This document shows, one piece after another, positions 24,616-36,809 of a DNA stretch of 64,000 nucleotides. Origin of the DNA: Cirrosporium novae-zelandiae (Eukaryota). The position numbers and the translations under genes are program-made. The notes below the pieces were generated by a model. That model searched no databases. It saw nothing but the letters and a program-made list of their open reading frames with translations, and was not told where the DNA came from. How positions within the stretch are numbered: position 1 is the stretch's first letter; every line of letters starts with the position of its first letter. The DNA lies in contig JAPETS010000026.1 of the NCBI GenBank assembly GCA_026023565.1, forward strand, positions 310,001 through 374,000. Direction: 5' to 3'.

Positions 24616-25561
24616 ATGCAGCCTAGGTTTGTTTCCAATCCCTCTTGAAACATTCTCAAAGCAATTCTGAATCTTACTTAGAAGGGAATATCATATTGTT
24701 GTACTGGGGGCTGGTAAGATTCCACTTGACTCATGCTTATCATAATTTATGCTAATATTCACAGGTGGTGTTGGGAAAAGTTGTCTGACTGGTATGGATA
24801 TGAAATATTGCAAAATGAGGTGATGATTTGTTAACGTCATGTCTAGCCCAATTTGTGCAAAATGTTTGGATCGAGAGTTATGACCCAACAATCGAAGACT
24901 CTTACCGAAAGATGATAGAGGTAGATGTATGTTCGCCTCTACCCACCTGATATTTTGAGCTTGGTGCTGACAATCGAATTAGGGTAGACAATGTATTCTT
25001 GAAATGTATGCTCTATCGGTGGCCGCTCGAAGAACTCTACTAATAGGTAATCTAGTTTGGATACTGCTGGAACAGAACAATTTACTGCTATGAGGTAAGT
25101 CAAATTTTCCATCCCTTTCTACATTTTTACTAATAGTTAAATCTAGAGAACTCTATATGAAGCAAGGCCAAGGATTCTTGCTTGTATTCTCCATCACCAG
25201 TCGAAGCAGCCTGCACGAGCTTGCGGAACTCCGCGAACAAATCATTAGAATAAAAGATGATGAGCACATTCCAATTGTGATGGTTGGCAATAAATCTGAC
25301 CTGGAGGAAGACCGCAAAGTATCGCGGGGTCAAGCCTTTGCCATTTCTCAAAGCTGGGGGGGTGCTCCGTATTATGAGACCTCGGCAAGGAGAAGAGCAA
25401 ATGTTGATGAGGTTTTTGTCGATCTCTGCCGTCAAATTATCCGAAAAGATATCTCAAACCAACAAGCTAGAGACGAGGTTATAGAATCAAGAAAGCGGGA
25501 TAGGCCGGAGAGACATTCTCGAAGACGTAGACGCCAAAAGGACCGATGCGTCATTGTTTAG
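24616..25561 (+). CDS. RSR1: Ras-related GTPase Rsr1/Bud1 (Rap1 subfamily)
   Basis: Seven exons (24616-24626, 24682-24713, 24765-24791, 24847-24926, 24983-~25005, ~25056-25093, 25147-25561) give [37 protein letters not shown] (Thr at the Ras Q61 position, Rap-type), NKSD, ETSA, a polybasic region and CAAX CVIV. Confidence 0.95.
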
Positions 25562-25891
25562 AGGCTATGGTCAGAAAATTTCTGTCCATAGTAATTTGGG
25601 TGGTAGTTTGAGAGGGAGTGGGGTGAGGCTGCTGAAGTATCGGGTGAGGTGCCGGTCAATGTGACATTTTCCAAAAAGGACAAACGAAGAATGGGTTTGT
25701 GAACGGGTTCGGTAACATGGCAACAAAAAAAAAGTTTGATCATGTGTCTGGTATGAACCTGGACAAACTTGTGGGGAAACTTGTGGTGATCGACATTGTC
25801 CTTGTGATTGGGCCTACCTATTGATACCTAAACTGGGTCATATCCAACTTTGCTTGTGAAAGTTATCCCATCCCTCCGGTTACCAGATTGT

Positions 25892-27850
25892 TTACATGCG
25901 GAACACGCCAAACTTGCTATCAGCTTGGTCCACTCTCTGGTTGAGCGCAGCATTTAAGCCCAACCCGAGGAACTTTCGGGTATGAGCTGGAGGTATGATT
26001 CCATCATCCCATAGCCTTGCCGATGAGAAAATTGCTTCGCTCTCCATTTCGATCCGCGTTTTAAGTGCGGGGTCCACATTTTTGCCTACTGTTTCCATTA
26101 CTGCGCTCAGTTGTTCTGATCCCATCACCGCAGTTTTGGCATTGGGCCATGCCCAGAGGAACCGTGGACCATAAGCTCTTCCGCTATGAACAGTCAGCTT
26201 CCATCCACTATCAAGCAACTAGGTCCCTGAAAGTTGGGGATTAATTATGCCCAAAAAAATTCCATAAAAAAAAGATACATACCACATCCCATAATTGCCC
26301 GCTCCCGAACTAGCTCCAAAAACCACCGTGAATTTCGGCACCTCTGCGCAGGCGACAGCCGTCACCAGCTTAGCACCATTTTTTGCAATACCACCTGCTT
26401 CGGCGTCTTTGCCTACCATGAATCCACTGATATTTTGAAGGAATATGAGAGGAATTTTGCGCTGGCAACAAAGCTCAATGAAATGGGCGCCTTTGAGAGA
26501 GGAAGAGCTAAACAGGATGCCGTTGTTTGCTAAGATGCCAATGGGTTGGCCGTAGAGGTGTGCAAAACCTAATTGAGCCAGATTAAATTAGCTGAATGTG
26601 GAGAAACAAAAAAATAGGAAACATTTTCAACCTTCAAACCGAGCGCAATTTTATGAAAGAGCAAGTCATGGGAAGAACTTACCTGTTACTAACGTTTCCC
26701 CGTACTCCTTCTTGAATTCGGAAAACTCGCTCCCATCTACTACTCTCGCGATTATCTCTCTTACATCTACCTGTTTTCTCAAATTCGTTCCCATAATTCC
26801 GCTTAGCTCCTCTGGATCGTATAATGGTTCTTTCCATGCCCTTTCTTTCTGTCTTTGTTCCGTTTTAGGCCAGTTAAGATTCTCCACACATCTTCTTGCT
26901 AACACAAGAGCATGTGCATCATCCACAGCTAAATAATCCGTGACCCCAGAAACTTCGCTATGCAATCTCCCTCCCCCCAATTCCTCGGCACTAACTACCT
27001 CTCCCGTTGCCGCTTTCACTAATGGAGGCCCGGCTAGGAAAATAGTCCCTTGGCCTTCTACAATAATCGCCTCATCTGACATAGCAGGCACGTAGGCACC
27101 ACCCGCCGTGCACGGCCCCATGACAACACTGAGTTGTGGGATTCCCAACGCGGACATACGTGCTTGATTGTAGAAAATACGACCGAAGTGGTTGGAATCG
27201 GGAAAGACGTCAGCCTGGTGAGGCAAATTGGCCCCCCCGGAGTCAACAAGGTAAATACAGGGCAGGCGGTTCTCCAGCGCGATTTGTTGGGCTCGCAAGT
27301 GTTTTTTCACCGTTATTGGGTAGTATGTTCCGCCTTTCACGGTGCTGTCATTTGCAAGAATCATGCAGGTAACGCCTTGGACTGTGCCGATACCCGTGAG
27401 GATACCGCCCGCGGGGACGGACTCGTCTCCATATACTTTATGGGCTGCTAGCGGTGAGAGCTCCAAAAAAGCGGTGCTGGGATCGAGGAGGGCGGTAATA
27501 CGGTCACGGGGAAGCATTTTCCCTCGATCAAGATGTTTTTGGCGGGATTTTGGGGGCCCACCTTGTTGGACTGTTGTGTGCAAGGTGCTCATTTCTTGGA
27601 TTAGGGCGTCCATTGAGCGTTTGTTAGCTTCGAAGTCTAGGGATGAGGGGTCGACATGGGTGGGGAGGATGGAGAGCGCAGAAGCATGGTAGGGGGATGT
27701 ATGAGTTGCGATTGTGCGGTGGTGAGGACGGTGGTGGTGGCGTTTTGGGGGGTGACGGTGTTGGGGGACTAGTCGGAGGGAGAATGGAGATTTGGAGATT
27801 TGAAAGAGAGTTAGGAGGGAGCGAGAGGTTAAAGTGCTTGAAGGTGGCAT
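25892..27850 (-). CDS. mccB: 3-methylcrotonyl-CoA carboxylase beta (carboxyltransferase) subunit
   Basis: Exons 27850-26683, 26568-26283, 26183-25892. [53 protein letters not shown]-terminal FGVFRM; basic presequence. Confidence 0.96.
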
Positions 27851-28284
27851 TTTTAGAGATTGTAATTATTGCTTGAGTGTCTTGGTCAGTTTGGGATGTT
27901 GAGGAATTTTTGTTGTTTTATCAAGAGACCAGGTGAGATGACGATTGTTTAGAAACTCAGTTCCAAGGTGTTGATCAAAGCTTCTTCGGTTCCTGCAAAT
28001 CGAGGGGTTAGCAAACGCCGAGGCCCCAAGCCCCTACCTAAGCCCCCAATCAACACCCCAGCCAGCCCCTCATGCCGACACCCCCTGTCGCCCGACGATA
28101 GCCGAAACGTGGAGAAGTTCCTTTTGAGGTTCGAGCTGACCTGACATGCCGGGCATGACCCTCACCTATCTATCCCTTTCATGTACAGTTGTTTGTTACT
28201 TTCATCCCGAGTATAGAGATAAGTTTGTGAGCCCACTTATCACTACATATAATATGTCCTTTTTGAGAGGGAGATATTGCAATC
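27851..28284. promoter_or_regulatory. Bidirectional mccB/ivdA promoter
   Basis: 434 bp between divergent ATGs. Contains CCGAGG (28018-28023), GCCCCAAG (28023-28030), a CGACA-n5-TGTCG inverted repeat and the palindrome CATGCC-G-GGCATG (28145-28157). Confidence 0.6.
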
Positions 28285-29803
28285 ATGATACCACGACCTG
28301 CTTTTAGGACCTTGACAGCTGCACTACGTCATTCCAAATGGCACCAACGTTATCCCAATTCTCGATCCCTCCTCTCTCTTCAACAGACCCCCCGACGAAC
28401 CTATGCTTCATCGTCCTCCAAGCACCCTGAGGGCTTCGTGCAACCTACCTCCGAAGACCTTGAAGAATTAAGAGAACGGACGATAGAGTTTGCAAGTAAG
28501 ACATTTCTTCAGCAATTCGTTGTTTCTCGTATGCATGTGGTTTTGAATACTGGCTGATTTTGACCGTCGTTGAATTGTTTAGGGAGAGAAATATCACCAG
28601 ATGTAGCCGCGAAGACAGATAGGGAAAACCAGTTTCCTATGGATCTGTGGAAGAAACTTGGGGATGCTGGGTATGTTCACCGATTCTCACACGATCCCCT
28701 TCCTCAACCCCCCCTCCTCAACCGCAGTCATAATCCCAAACTGTCTTAAAGAGACTAACCACCACCCTCTCCCATCAACCAGGTTCCTCGGAATAACCAC
28801 CTCCTCCGATTACACCGGTCTAAACCTGGGCTACCTGGCGCACATAATCGTGATGGAAGAGCTATCCCGAGCCTCCGCCTCCATTGCGCTCTCCTACGCT
28901 GCCCACTCCCAATTATGTATAAACCAACTCTCCCTAAACGGCTCCCCCATGCAAAAATCGAAATTCCTCCCACCCCTTATTGCCGGTTCCAAAGTCGGCG
29001 CCCTCGCCATGTCCGAAACGGGTGCCGGCTCCGACGTCGTCGGCATGCGCACCACAGCCACCAAGACCGATGACGGATACCTCCTCAATGGCAGCAAAAT
29101 GTGGATCACCAACGGCCCAGACGCGCATACCATTATCGTGTACGCCAAAACCCAACCGGATGCCGGCTCCAAGGGCATCACGGCTTTCATCGTGGAAGCC
29201 CCAACAAAAGGCTTCTCCTGCAGCCGCAAGCTCGACAAGCTCGGCATGCGGGGCAGCAACACCGGCGAACTCCACTTCGAAGACGTCTTCGTACCGCACG
29301 ATAACGTCCTGGGGACCGAAGACCGCGGCGTCCGTGTCTTGATGGAAGGCCTCGATATCGAACGCCTAGTCCTGAGCGCCGGACCCCTGGGCATCATGCA
29401 GGCCTGTCTTGACCTCGTCATGCCCTTCGTCCACACCCGCTCCCAGTTCAACCAACCCCTAGCATCCTTCCAGCTAATCCAAGACCACATCTCAACTCTC
29501 TACACCTCCCTCGCCTCCAGCCGCGCCTTCACCTACTCGGTCGCGCGCGACCTCGACAACGGCAGCAGCAATATCAAAACAGAAGATTGCGCCGCGGCCA
29601 TCCTGCTGGCCGCCGAAAACGCAACTCGCTGTGCCCTGCTGGCCGTGCAGTGCCTAGGCGGGATGGGATATGTGAACGAGATGCCGGCGGGCAGGCTGCT
29701 GAGGGATGCGAAGCTATATGAGATTGGGGCGGGGACAACAGAGGTTCGGAAGTTGGTTATTGCGAGGGCTTTGAATAGGAGGTGGAGGGAGAGGAATATG
29801 TAG
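28285..29803 (+). CDS. ivdA: Isovaleryl-CoA dehydrogenase, mitochondrial
   Basis: Exons 28285-28495, 28583-28670, 28783-29803. ALSYAAHSQLCINQ, GALAMSETGAGSDV, NGSKMWITNGP, LMEGLDIERLVL, RDAKLYEIGAGT; sits between mccB and mccA. Confidence 0.96.
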
Positions 29804-30997
29804 ATTTTTGGGGGGGGGGGTTAGAAGAGGAGGGAGGTGTGCATGGTTGAGTGAACCGGATTCGGATTCAGATTCTATTTTTGATTCTTTTTTCTTTTTC
29901 ATTATTATGAGATGAGTTGATCAAAATCAAAGAGAAGAGTAGAGTTGGAGTAGAAAAGGATTCAACTTCAACTTTAGGTGAAAGATGATAGATATGATAG
30001 TATAGTATAAATATAATATAAATATAAATATATAGATATATCCGTTATGGTTATCATGGAGGGAGGTAAATAAGTTAAGTCATGATATAATCCGAATCTA
30101 AGCCCCCCATCTTCTTCTTCTTCTTCATCCATAATGCCCCCCCTTTATTCCATTCCCCAAAAACCCACCCACCCATCCATCCATCCATCTATTAAGATTT
30201 AAAAACACAAAAAACAACAATAACAACAGAAACCCCCTATATTTTTTCCCCCTAATTATCTATCCATCCATCCATCCATCCCTTGGGGGGGGTTTTTTTT
30301 GGTTATGGATTCATTTATTAATATAACTTGGATATATCTTTTAGGCTGATTAAGTATATGTACATCATGGATATGCATATGTATATGGTGACGGGAGGAG
30401 GGGACTATTTTCAGAGACAGAGACAAAAACAGAATAAAGCACAAAACACAAACAAACAGGGTATAATAATTTAGATAAGGTAAGGGGGTTTGATTTTAGG
30501 ATTTGTGAGATATTGCGAGATTATGCTTTCTTTTTTTTTGAACTTATTTTTGTGTGTCCTCAATAAATATAAATGCCAGCTAGTTTGAAATGGAGGGAGC
30601 TTGAAGTTTTTCTCCCATTCCCCGTTTTCATATTTCATTTCGCCAAGGGATGCGTAAATAGTATGCATAGATATGCATTGGAGGGGATGACTCATCCCTG
30701 CTTTGCCTGCCTGCTAGATATCTTTCGTTTGTATAGTATAGTATCACTTGATACTTTTCATAGAGAGGGGGTCGTGTAATCAATCCATTGTGAGTCTTGA
30801 TCGCTAAAGCTCTCGCTCTAGTGGGGATATTTCTTGCTTGAGCTCTCTTCGGTACCTCCGGCTTCAATCTAGGATGGTCGGACTTTGCGCCTCTTGTCGT
30901 TAATATGGTTGTTTGCGGGTTTTTGAAGGAGTCTGTGGTTCTGTCGTCAAAGCTGGCTCCGCTGGTAGTATCAATATTGAAGGATCTTTGGCTCCAT

Positions 30998-31898
30998 TCA
31001 CTTTTCCGCGCTTTCAAGGATCTTCTTGGTGATGTCTTGTTGGCCCGCAACGGTCGATGGTGAGGCACTGCTCGTCGGTGGTGACAAGATCTCTGCATCA
31101 GAAGTCTGTTCTTGCTCCGTGGAACCTTGACTGTTTTCTGCGTCCACACTTATTTCCATGCCCATGTTTTCCGTCTCCAATATTTGTGCTCTCGGTGATA
31201 TCAACGGTGACAATGATACCTTTCCTAGCTTCCGCCAATCCTTCAACAGTGCAACTTTCTTGGATTCCCCTGGCTTGTAGATCCGTCCCTTTCTCTGTTG
31301 TTCCTGTGTAAAATCCGAAGAAGTCAAATGTTTTTTCCACGAAACCCCTAACGGCATTCGCTCATTCTGACTCTTAAAGCTCGTTTTGTCTTTGCTTTTG
31401 GTGTATTTCCTTTTCTTTTCTCTCTCTTTTCCGGATTCCTTCTCCGTCCCCTTCTCCTTGTCTCCGTGTCCTTCGGCTTCTCTCTTCCGCTTCTTTGTCA
31501 TCGAGTTACTAGATGTATGATCTTCATCCTTTTCAAGATAGTCGTCAGAGAGGTAGTCCCAATCGCTAGAGTATTCGATTGTTTCGAGGGTGGAGAGAGG
31601 GAGGACATCGTAGGCATCAGGGGCATGGACCGGGGAGGGGATAGTATGGGAAGCTAGGTTGTCCTGATTTTGGGGATTGAGTTAGCAATCATTCAAGCAT
31701 TCAATATTAGAGGAAGCAGGAGGGTAGAGAGAACGAGTAATGAAACGGAGAAGGAAATACTCCAGGCGTGGGTTTAATAAAGAAAGGAATGAGCTATATG
31801 GCAATGCTCACCACTTCCAAATCCGACTCATCCATAAATATCCCATCGTCGAAAAAGAAGTCATCTTCATCGCTATAGTAATCTTCAATATCAGACAT
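30998..31898 (-). CDS. Hypothetical protein with acidic N-terminus and basic, NLS-like region, inside the leucine cluster
   Basis: Exon 31898-31812 (MSDIEDYYSDEDDFFFDDGIFMDESDLEV), intron 31811-31664 (GTGAGC..GCTAAC..CAG), exon 31663-30998 (DNLASHTIPSPV..SDWDYLSDDY..KKRKRE..VALLKDWR). The 3' end is uncertain. Confidence 0.75.
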
Positions 31899-32341
31899 TT
31901 TGAAATTGTTTTGCTCAGCGGCTGGGAGTCAAGGACGATAAAGTCGAAAAGGTTAAGCCAAGATCCAAATATGTTCAGGTAGATTAGAGGGAGACCAGGA
32001 TGGAGACTGGGGTATTAGATGAATAGATCTGGTTGAGATGGATGGTTGATCGCATATGCCGTTGCAAAGAGGTATGGAGAATTGCATGTAATAATTAACT
32101 ATTATTATTCCACCCAAAGGAAACCCCCTCAAAGATATTTCTTAGCTCTCCTTCATGATCTTAACATATCAATTAGAAATTATCTCAGCATTAATGAAGC
32201 CAAGGGGTTGGCGGAGAATTTTGAAGAGTTTAAAAAAAGAGAAGGGGATGTCAAGGAAGATTGGCCAGCTGACTGGCTGACGAGAAGAGACGAAAAGGAC
32301 GAAAAACACGAAAAAGCAAGGTGGAAGGTTGAAAGACTTCT

Positions 32342-32407
32342 GCCGAGGTGAAAAGCCACAAGATCAAGCCCCAAGGAACCCCGACATGCCCGACAATGCG
32401 GGGTTCC
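32342..32407. promoter_or_regulatory. Candidate regulatory module upstream of mccA
   Basis: CCGAGG (32343-32348), GCCCCAAG (32368-32375), GACATGCC (32383-32390) and a perfect 9-bp inverted repeat GGAACCCCG (32375-32383) / CGGGGTTCC (32399-32407). Confidence 0.45.
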
Positions 32408-32598
32408 GTAGGGCTGAAGTTAATGTCATCCTGCCATCATTGGGGCCGAGCAACTCGCTTTTATTGACGGCTACCTGCTTCGTTCTCCTATAAAGTTAGA
32501 GACCTGGCTGCTTAATACAAATCTTTTATGGCTTTCTGGTACTTCTATTTTTTACCAGGTTAGACTCTTGCTCTTGATCATGGTTATACAATCTACCA

Positions 32599-35004
32599 AT
32601 GGCTTCTCGACTCCTTCGTAACCGAGGAACAAACATAGCTCATCGTCATCGTTCATCAACCTTGCCTGCTGTAGTGTCAAGGAGAAATAATAGTACTGCA
32701 TCTGGTCTCTCTTCCCCTGGAAACAAACCTTTGCAATCTATTCTAATTGCAAATCGTGGAGAAATTGCACTGTGCGCATGATACTCCCCCAAACCCCATT
32801 CAATTATCTCTTAGCCATATGTTTACTTTTCTCCAGACGTGTCAAACGAACTGCAGTCCAACATGGTATTCGAACAACTACTATATATACCGATCCAGAC
32901 CGGCAATCGCAACATGCCTTGAGCTCTCCCTTTGCTTATAATCTCGGGGATCCCTCTGCTTATCTCGATGGGGATCGTATTATCGAGCTCGCGAAACGAG
33001 ATGGTTGTGAGGCTATTCATCCAGGTTATGGATTTGTATATTGATCCTAGAGTTAAATGTAAGAATACAGAGTTCTGATAAGATATAGTTGAGCGAGAAC
33101 TCTACATTTGCAAGGAAATGTATGGAGGCCGGCTTGATATTCATCGGACCACCATGGAAGGCTGTTGAGGCTATGGGCGATAAGAGGTAAGAGAACTCTA
33201 CGGTATATAGTCCTTGGTTGATCCATATAGCCGATCCAAGACCATTATGACTGAAGCCGGAGTACCATGCATTCCGGGGTATCACGGAGAAAATCAAGAT
33301 CCTGAATTTCTTGCCACAGAAGCAGGAACAATTGGATATCCTGTGCTCCTCAAAGCCGTTAAAGGTGGTGGGGGTAAAGGAATGCGCATTGCCACAACTC
33401 CGGAAGTCTTTCAGGACCAGCTTGCCTCTGCAAAATCAGAGGCTCGAAATTCGTTTGGAGACGATGCCATGCTTGTTGAGAAATACATAACAAGTCCTCG
33501 TCATATTGAGGTACAGATCTTTGCTGATAAGCACGGGAACTGTGTTGCTTTAGGCGAGCGAGACTGCAGCATCCAACGTCGTCATCAGAAAGTATTCGAA
33601 GAGTCTCCTGCACCAAATCTAGATCCGGAAATTCGTAAAAATCTATGGGAAAAGGCAAGAGCTGCTGCACTGGCTGTTGGTTATGAAGGTGCAGGAACTG
33701 TAGAGTTCATATTCGATAGTCAAACCAAGGAGTTTTTCTTTATGGAGATGAACACCAGGCTACAGGTAGAACACCCGGTCACAGAAATGGTAACAGGCCA
33801 GGATCTCGTTCATTGGCAAATACTCGTGGCTCAGGGTGAAAAACTACCTTTGACCCAGGAGGAAGTTGAAGAAAAGCTAGCCATGGGTATCCATGCCATT
33901 GAAGCTAGGATATATGCTGAGAATCCAGAAATGTAAGTCATGGTAGGACAGTATATAGTGCATAGCTAATCGCAAAAGGGGATTTATCCCAAGCTCTGGG
34001 ACGCTCACACATTTACGGCTTCCGCAAACTTCAGATACAGTCCGAGTTGATGCTGGGTTTGTTCAAGGAGATGAGATATCTTCATATTATGATCCGATGA
34101 TCGCGAAACTTATCGTAAGTGGAAGCTCGAGAACGGAGGCCATACAAAAAATGCATATGGCATTAGGAGAGTATGAAGTAACGGGGCCTACCACAAGCAT
34201 AGAATATCTGAAGAAAATTTGTCAAAATGAGGCTTTCCTTGATGGTAATGTTGATACAGGCTTTATTGAGAAATATCATAGAAAGCTTCTGCCCGAGCGT
34301 GTTGTTAGCGACGAAGTTCTAGCACAGGTAGCCTTGGGAGCGCTTCTCGCCGAGACTTCAAAGTACCCAACAGGGGGTCTATTCGACTCAGCCGTCTCAT
34401 TGGCAGGCTTCGGGTCTAGTTGTTTCCAAACACGACTGTATCGATATACTTCACTTTACTTGGACGGGCAGACATCCTCGGAATACACAGTGGAAGTGCA
34501 GCAGGTGGAAAATGGTTCGTTCCACGTGTCGGTTAATGGAAATACCCCGCTTCTTGTGCAAAGCAGTCTGGATCCAGCTTCTCGCACTTTAACCACATTT
34601 TTCAGCAAGGAAAGAATAGATTCAACAATTGTTCAAGACGACGATATTATCTCCCTTTTCCAACACGGGCATCACTATCGCCTTCGAAAGATTCCTCCTA
34701 TCTGGATGGAGAAAGCCCTAGGAACCAAGGACGTTACCCATAGCGTCCTGGCACCAATGCCTTGCAAGGTCCTCCGCGTCGACGTGAAGGCGGGACAGAG
34801 CGTCAAGAAGGATCAAGCATTAGTTGTAGTGGAAAGTATGAAGATGGAAACGATCATCCGAAGTCCAAGTGATGGGGTAATTGCCAAAGTGGTCCATACG
34901 GAGGGAGTAAGTAGTTATCATCGCAGAGCGAGTATTTTGACCATGCTAACTATTCTCAGGATATTTGCAAGACTGGAACTGCCTTGGTTGAATTTGAAGA
35001 ATAG
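32599..35004 (+). CDS. mccA: 3-methylcrotonyl-CoA carboxylase alpha (biotin carboxylase/BCCP) subunit
   Basis: Six exons (32599-32771, 32837-33035, 33089-33186, 33231-33932, 33979-34906, 34960-35004). [52 protein letters not shown] and biotin motif ESMKM. Confidence 0.96.
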
Positions 35005-36141
35005 TGAATTTCGGTATAAGAATCCCTGCTGATCCCACCCGAACAGTCCAATGCCAGTGATTGTTGAAGCTCGAACGTTGTGGTTATCTGTATCTTAGTA
35101 TAGATTAGATCAGTGGACTACCGAATATACGAAAATTTATCTTTGATCGACGACGACTCTTCAAATTTCAATACCACAGTATGCTTGAAGATTCCCTGGA
35201 CATAAAGATTCAATCGTGTGGGCTCCTGTTGCAAATACACTCCATCGACTGCGTGCAGTACCCAAGAAACTGTCTAAGTTCGAGTAGTTCCGTTGAAAGG
35301 TTTCTTGTCCCCCGATCACGGGTTACTTGAATTGGTTTCCATAATTCTAGCATATAAGATTGACTACTTGGAGAGTCGGAAGGCTAACAATAGAGTTATA
35401 TGTAAACCAACCCTAAATTCAGAGGTCCTCATCTGCTTCATCTGCCGTGGAAAAGGATCTAGTGATGAACTCATTATCCTAAATGGAGACAAGTAACAAA
35501 TGTTAGTATTCTCTCTGAAAATGATATCTTGTCCAGTACCGCTTCATCTTGAAACATCAACATACGGCACATCTTGCAGACGTTCGTTTCAATGAGTCAG
35601 AGTCTCGTAGCTGGATGTAACTTCTGCGTACCCCCCAAAAGCAATAAATAGTAAAGAAAAGCAAAGTTTCAAAAATTTGATACAACCACCACACAAAGTA
35701 TTGAATTCAAGGATTGGTTTTTGAGTTTGTCACGTTTATGAAACCTTTCGCTTGTTCCCGCCCAGTTGTCCAGTTGTCGCTCAAGTTGTCGCCAGCGTTG
35801 CATATCCAATCAATTGTGATGTCATTGACAATGTGAAATCCAAAACTTGGAAATGACCCCAATGCAAGGGCGCTTTTTCACTCGACAATTAAGGTAGTTT
35901 TGTGGAATTGTGGAATTGTGGAATTGTGGTCGTTTTGTGACAGCCACCGCGAAGGGGTTTTGTAGCTTCACTTTTGCAACCCTTTATCATAGAAATAAAG
36001 GCCTTGACCTTCTTTTCTTCTCTCACCAATACATTCTCTCTACACCAGCTGTGTTGTAAAACATCACCTTATTTCCTCAACCGAAAACAGGATTTCAAAT
36101 CTCCTTTTCATAACTCACCGTCACTATCAGCTTCCTTCACA

Positions 36142-36809
36142 ATGGGCCTCTTAGATCGATTTTCGGATTACCCTGGAGGGGCATTCGTATGGATCATCAA
36201 CGCGACCTTGCGATTCTTTGAGTTTGTCCTTGCATTGACAGTTGCTGGTCTCTATGGAGTTGATCTCAACAATGCACGAAAGGCAGATAAGTATGCTGAT
36301 GGGAAATGGGTGAGTGCACTTATATTTAAGGCGTAAAGCCAGAGAGGATCTGTAATGAGATGGCTGACCGACGGATGAATATAGGTTTACGCCGAGGTCG
36401 TGGCAGGCTTGTCTGCCCTTACATGCTTCATCTATATGATCCCATTCATCAAGTCATACTTTTTCTTTTTCTGGGATGCTATCCTATTGTTAGTTAACCC
36501 TAAGTACTGGAGCTTAATAATATTCAAGTCCAGACCTCTGTTTCTCCATCTCAACAAAATCTCATACGATCCACCGGCTAACCATATGTGTGTATTAGCA
36601 TACTCTGGACCGCTCTTTTTGGCATCTTTGGCAAGATGTACATACACGAGAACCCTGAAGGCAACTCGGGCGTCCGACGCATGAAGAATGCAGTCTGGGT
36701 GGATCTGACCAATATGCTATTGTGGTTTCTCACATCCATTATTGCAGGATTAATTTTCATGAGACATCGCAAGGGGAAATTACTGCATACCGGTCGCGCA
36801 GACGTCTAG
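36142..36809 (+). CDS. Four-TM MARVEL-like fungal membrane protein
   Basis: Exons 36142-36309, 36385-36488, 36599-36809. LRFFEFVLALTVAGLYGVDL, WVYAEVVAGLSA, WDAILFILW, MKNAVWVDL. Confidence 0.85.

Noticed and set aside
28755..29490. Several long antisense and alternative-frame ORFs over ivdA (and similarly over mccB and ATG3)
   Set aside because: Shadow ORFs caused by high GC3 in real genes.
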